Part shown: positions 62,594 through 64,000 of the stretch, in pieces
How positions within the stretch are numbered: the first letter of the stretch is position 1
Layout of the letters: every line of letters begins with the position of its first letter
NCBI GenBank assembly: GCA_043228905.1
Contig: JBHGNT010000001.1
Location: 30,318,001 to 30,382,000, forward strand
DNA from: Azolla caroliniana
Lineage: Eukaryota > Plantae > Polypodiophyta
DNA length: 64,000 nucleotides
Direction of reading: 5' to 3'
The notes under the pieces: generated by a model
The model's input: the letters and a program-made list of their open reading frames with translations, nothing else
What the model was told of the DNA's origin: nothing
Databases searched by the model: none
Made by a program: the position numbers and the translations under genes

Positions 62594-63224
62594 CCGTTAC
62601 ATCACATTAATTCTCTGTCCTTTCGGACAGAGATACACCTCGATTCTCTCCCTATTGAATGCGTGCTACCTAGGATTTCACCTCAACCGACTTGTACCTA
62701 CCTACTTACCATACAACGAAAAGTGTGCTCGTGTGTAAGGGCCGGTTTACACACGCTAAACTCGGTTTCCGCCTAGGGACGGTTTTCTTCACGACACCAT
62801 GGTGAGAATTTACTGTAGTATTCTATACACGTGGATAAGTGTGAGGGTTAAATGAGAGTGTAAAGAAGGGGAGGATTACTTCTAATACTCGGGATTTAGA
62901 CAACCCATTAGGCCAAGTGTGAACATGGCTGGGGGCCTTGGGTATTGCTATAAATAGAGGCCTAGCTACCCTCATTTTAGGATCTGGTTGACTACATCGA
63001 GACTCTGTCTTGTGGTGGGTCAACTCTTGTAGCGAGCGCGCCAGCACCAGGTAAGACTCGACGCCACGGCAGTGGTATGGGACGCCGATCGAGGCTCAAG
63101 TTCATCTCGATCCCTTCGCTCGGGGGTTGTCGAGTGGATCGGCACCCTTCTCTCTGTCTCTCCTTTCTTTCTATCTACCTAGATCTATCCTTATCTAATG
63201 CTTATTTTAGTACATGTCTCTAAT

Positions 63225-64000
63225 AGACCTCATCCTTGGCATTTGTAACTGGTGTTTCGAACGTCGTTCGAAAAGCCGGTTATCACATCGTACCGCTCAA
63301 TTGATTGCCTCCATGGGCGATTTTGGTTCTTCGGGGAAAGTCAATAGTAAGTCTTTGACATCATTTCATAGGCCATATCGAAATTGCTCCATCAATGCTT
63401 GATTATCCTAGGGGATATTAGAGGTGAGTAGATGGAAATTTGCAGCGTAAGCGGAGGCTGGACGATCATATTGACGTAATCGTTGGATTTTGTTGATTGT
63501 CTTCCTTATGCTATCAGTATCTCCAAAACAAGCTTGAAACTCGCTGATAAGCTCCTCAAAATTATTTAGTAATTGAGATCTTTTTTCTAACAACAGAGCG
63601 AATCATGCCAAAGCTGAGCCGCTCAACAACGTGTCTACTAGACCCACTCATGATGCATCGGTGGGATATCGGGAAGGGTGCATTTGAATGACTAATCGTA
63701 CATAATTAAGGAATCCTCTAAACTGTGAACCCGTTCCATCGAATTTAATAGGAAGGATGATATTGGGTTATTTATGAATCCCTTGAGTACTTGGTCCTTG
63801 TTGTTGCAATGCTACAATGGTTGCTTAAAGTTGTTGCACTTGTAATGCTAGCTCCCCATGTTGTTGTTGCACTTGCTGCTTTTCTAAAGAGATTTGTTGA
63901 AGATCCCCTAACGACTGTTGATTTTCTTGTTCCAATGCGACAAACCTTTCTTTCAAGCACTGCAGCTCCGAGAAAACAGATTAGTATTCTTGATCGTTAA
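63225..64000 (-). pseudogene. gag: Degenerate gag of a D-family (Tcn1-like) element running off the window
   Basis: Reverse complement aligns with about 25030-25805 (LLNNFEELISEFQACFGDTDSIR...RPASAYAA). Confidence 0.85.

Larger units (their letters stand above)
34558..62796 (-). mobile_element. Element F: Trp-primed Ty3/gypsy, heavily nested and rearranged
   Basis: 3' LTR 34558-35129 (two internal deletions), PPT 35130-35146, PBS 56390-56406, 5' LTR 56411-56902 plus 62598-62796; TSD CCGT (34554-34557) / CCAT (62797-62800). Confidence 0.88.
7480..63214 (+). mobile_element. Element E: old chromovirus hosting most of the nest (5' LTR not visible; right boundary uncertain)
   Basis: gag pieces 7593-7681, 23829-23848 and 30217 onward join in frame (MAQNNDP...MSIEMYFSQITQYLSFTAEQM...). 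pol 30912-34541, PPT at about 34514-34527. The 3' LTR starts at 34528, is interrupted by F, and resumes at about 62801 with TATAAATAG near 62950. Confidence 0.8.

Noticed and set aside
63200-63230. Exact right end and TSD of element E
   Set aside because: TAGTACA at about 63214 is a possible end, but the partner LTR and TSD lie outside the window, so it cannot be verified.

Overview
The window is almost entirely nested LTR retrotransposons, up to five levels deep, and I see no host gene. It is probably from a non-seed land plant (inference from a Tcn1-like chromovirus, plant-type tRNA primer sites and a CCCTAAA repeat). The oldest host is chromovirus E: its gag starts at 7593, reads in frame once the inserts are removed, and its 3' LTR starts at 34528. 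Inserted into it are an Athila-like Ty3/gypsy with a long extra 3' ORF (B, 7682-23823), Tnt1/Tork-like copia elements and solo LTRs, a self-priming Tcn1-like chromovirus (D, 24512-30171), and several members of a tRNA-Trp-primed Ty3/gypsy family (A, F, G, H, K, K2 and a solo LTR). The main observations are: (1) the Trp-primed family makes 4-bp TSDs almost always at ACGG/CCGT; (2) element B has no polypurine tract and instead carries a sense-strand tRNA 3'-end mimic ending in CCA 2 nt before its 3' LTR, complementary to its own PBS; (3) two unrelated LTRs carry antisense A-box/B-box modules with tRNA spacing; (4) a covarying -1 frameshift pseudoknot; (5) telomere-repeat filler at a deletion; (6) a fold-back inversion junction. 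Lineage names and tRNA assignments come from recalled motifs, not from database searches.
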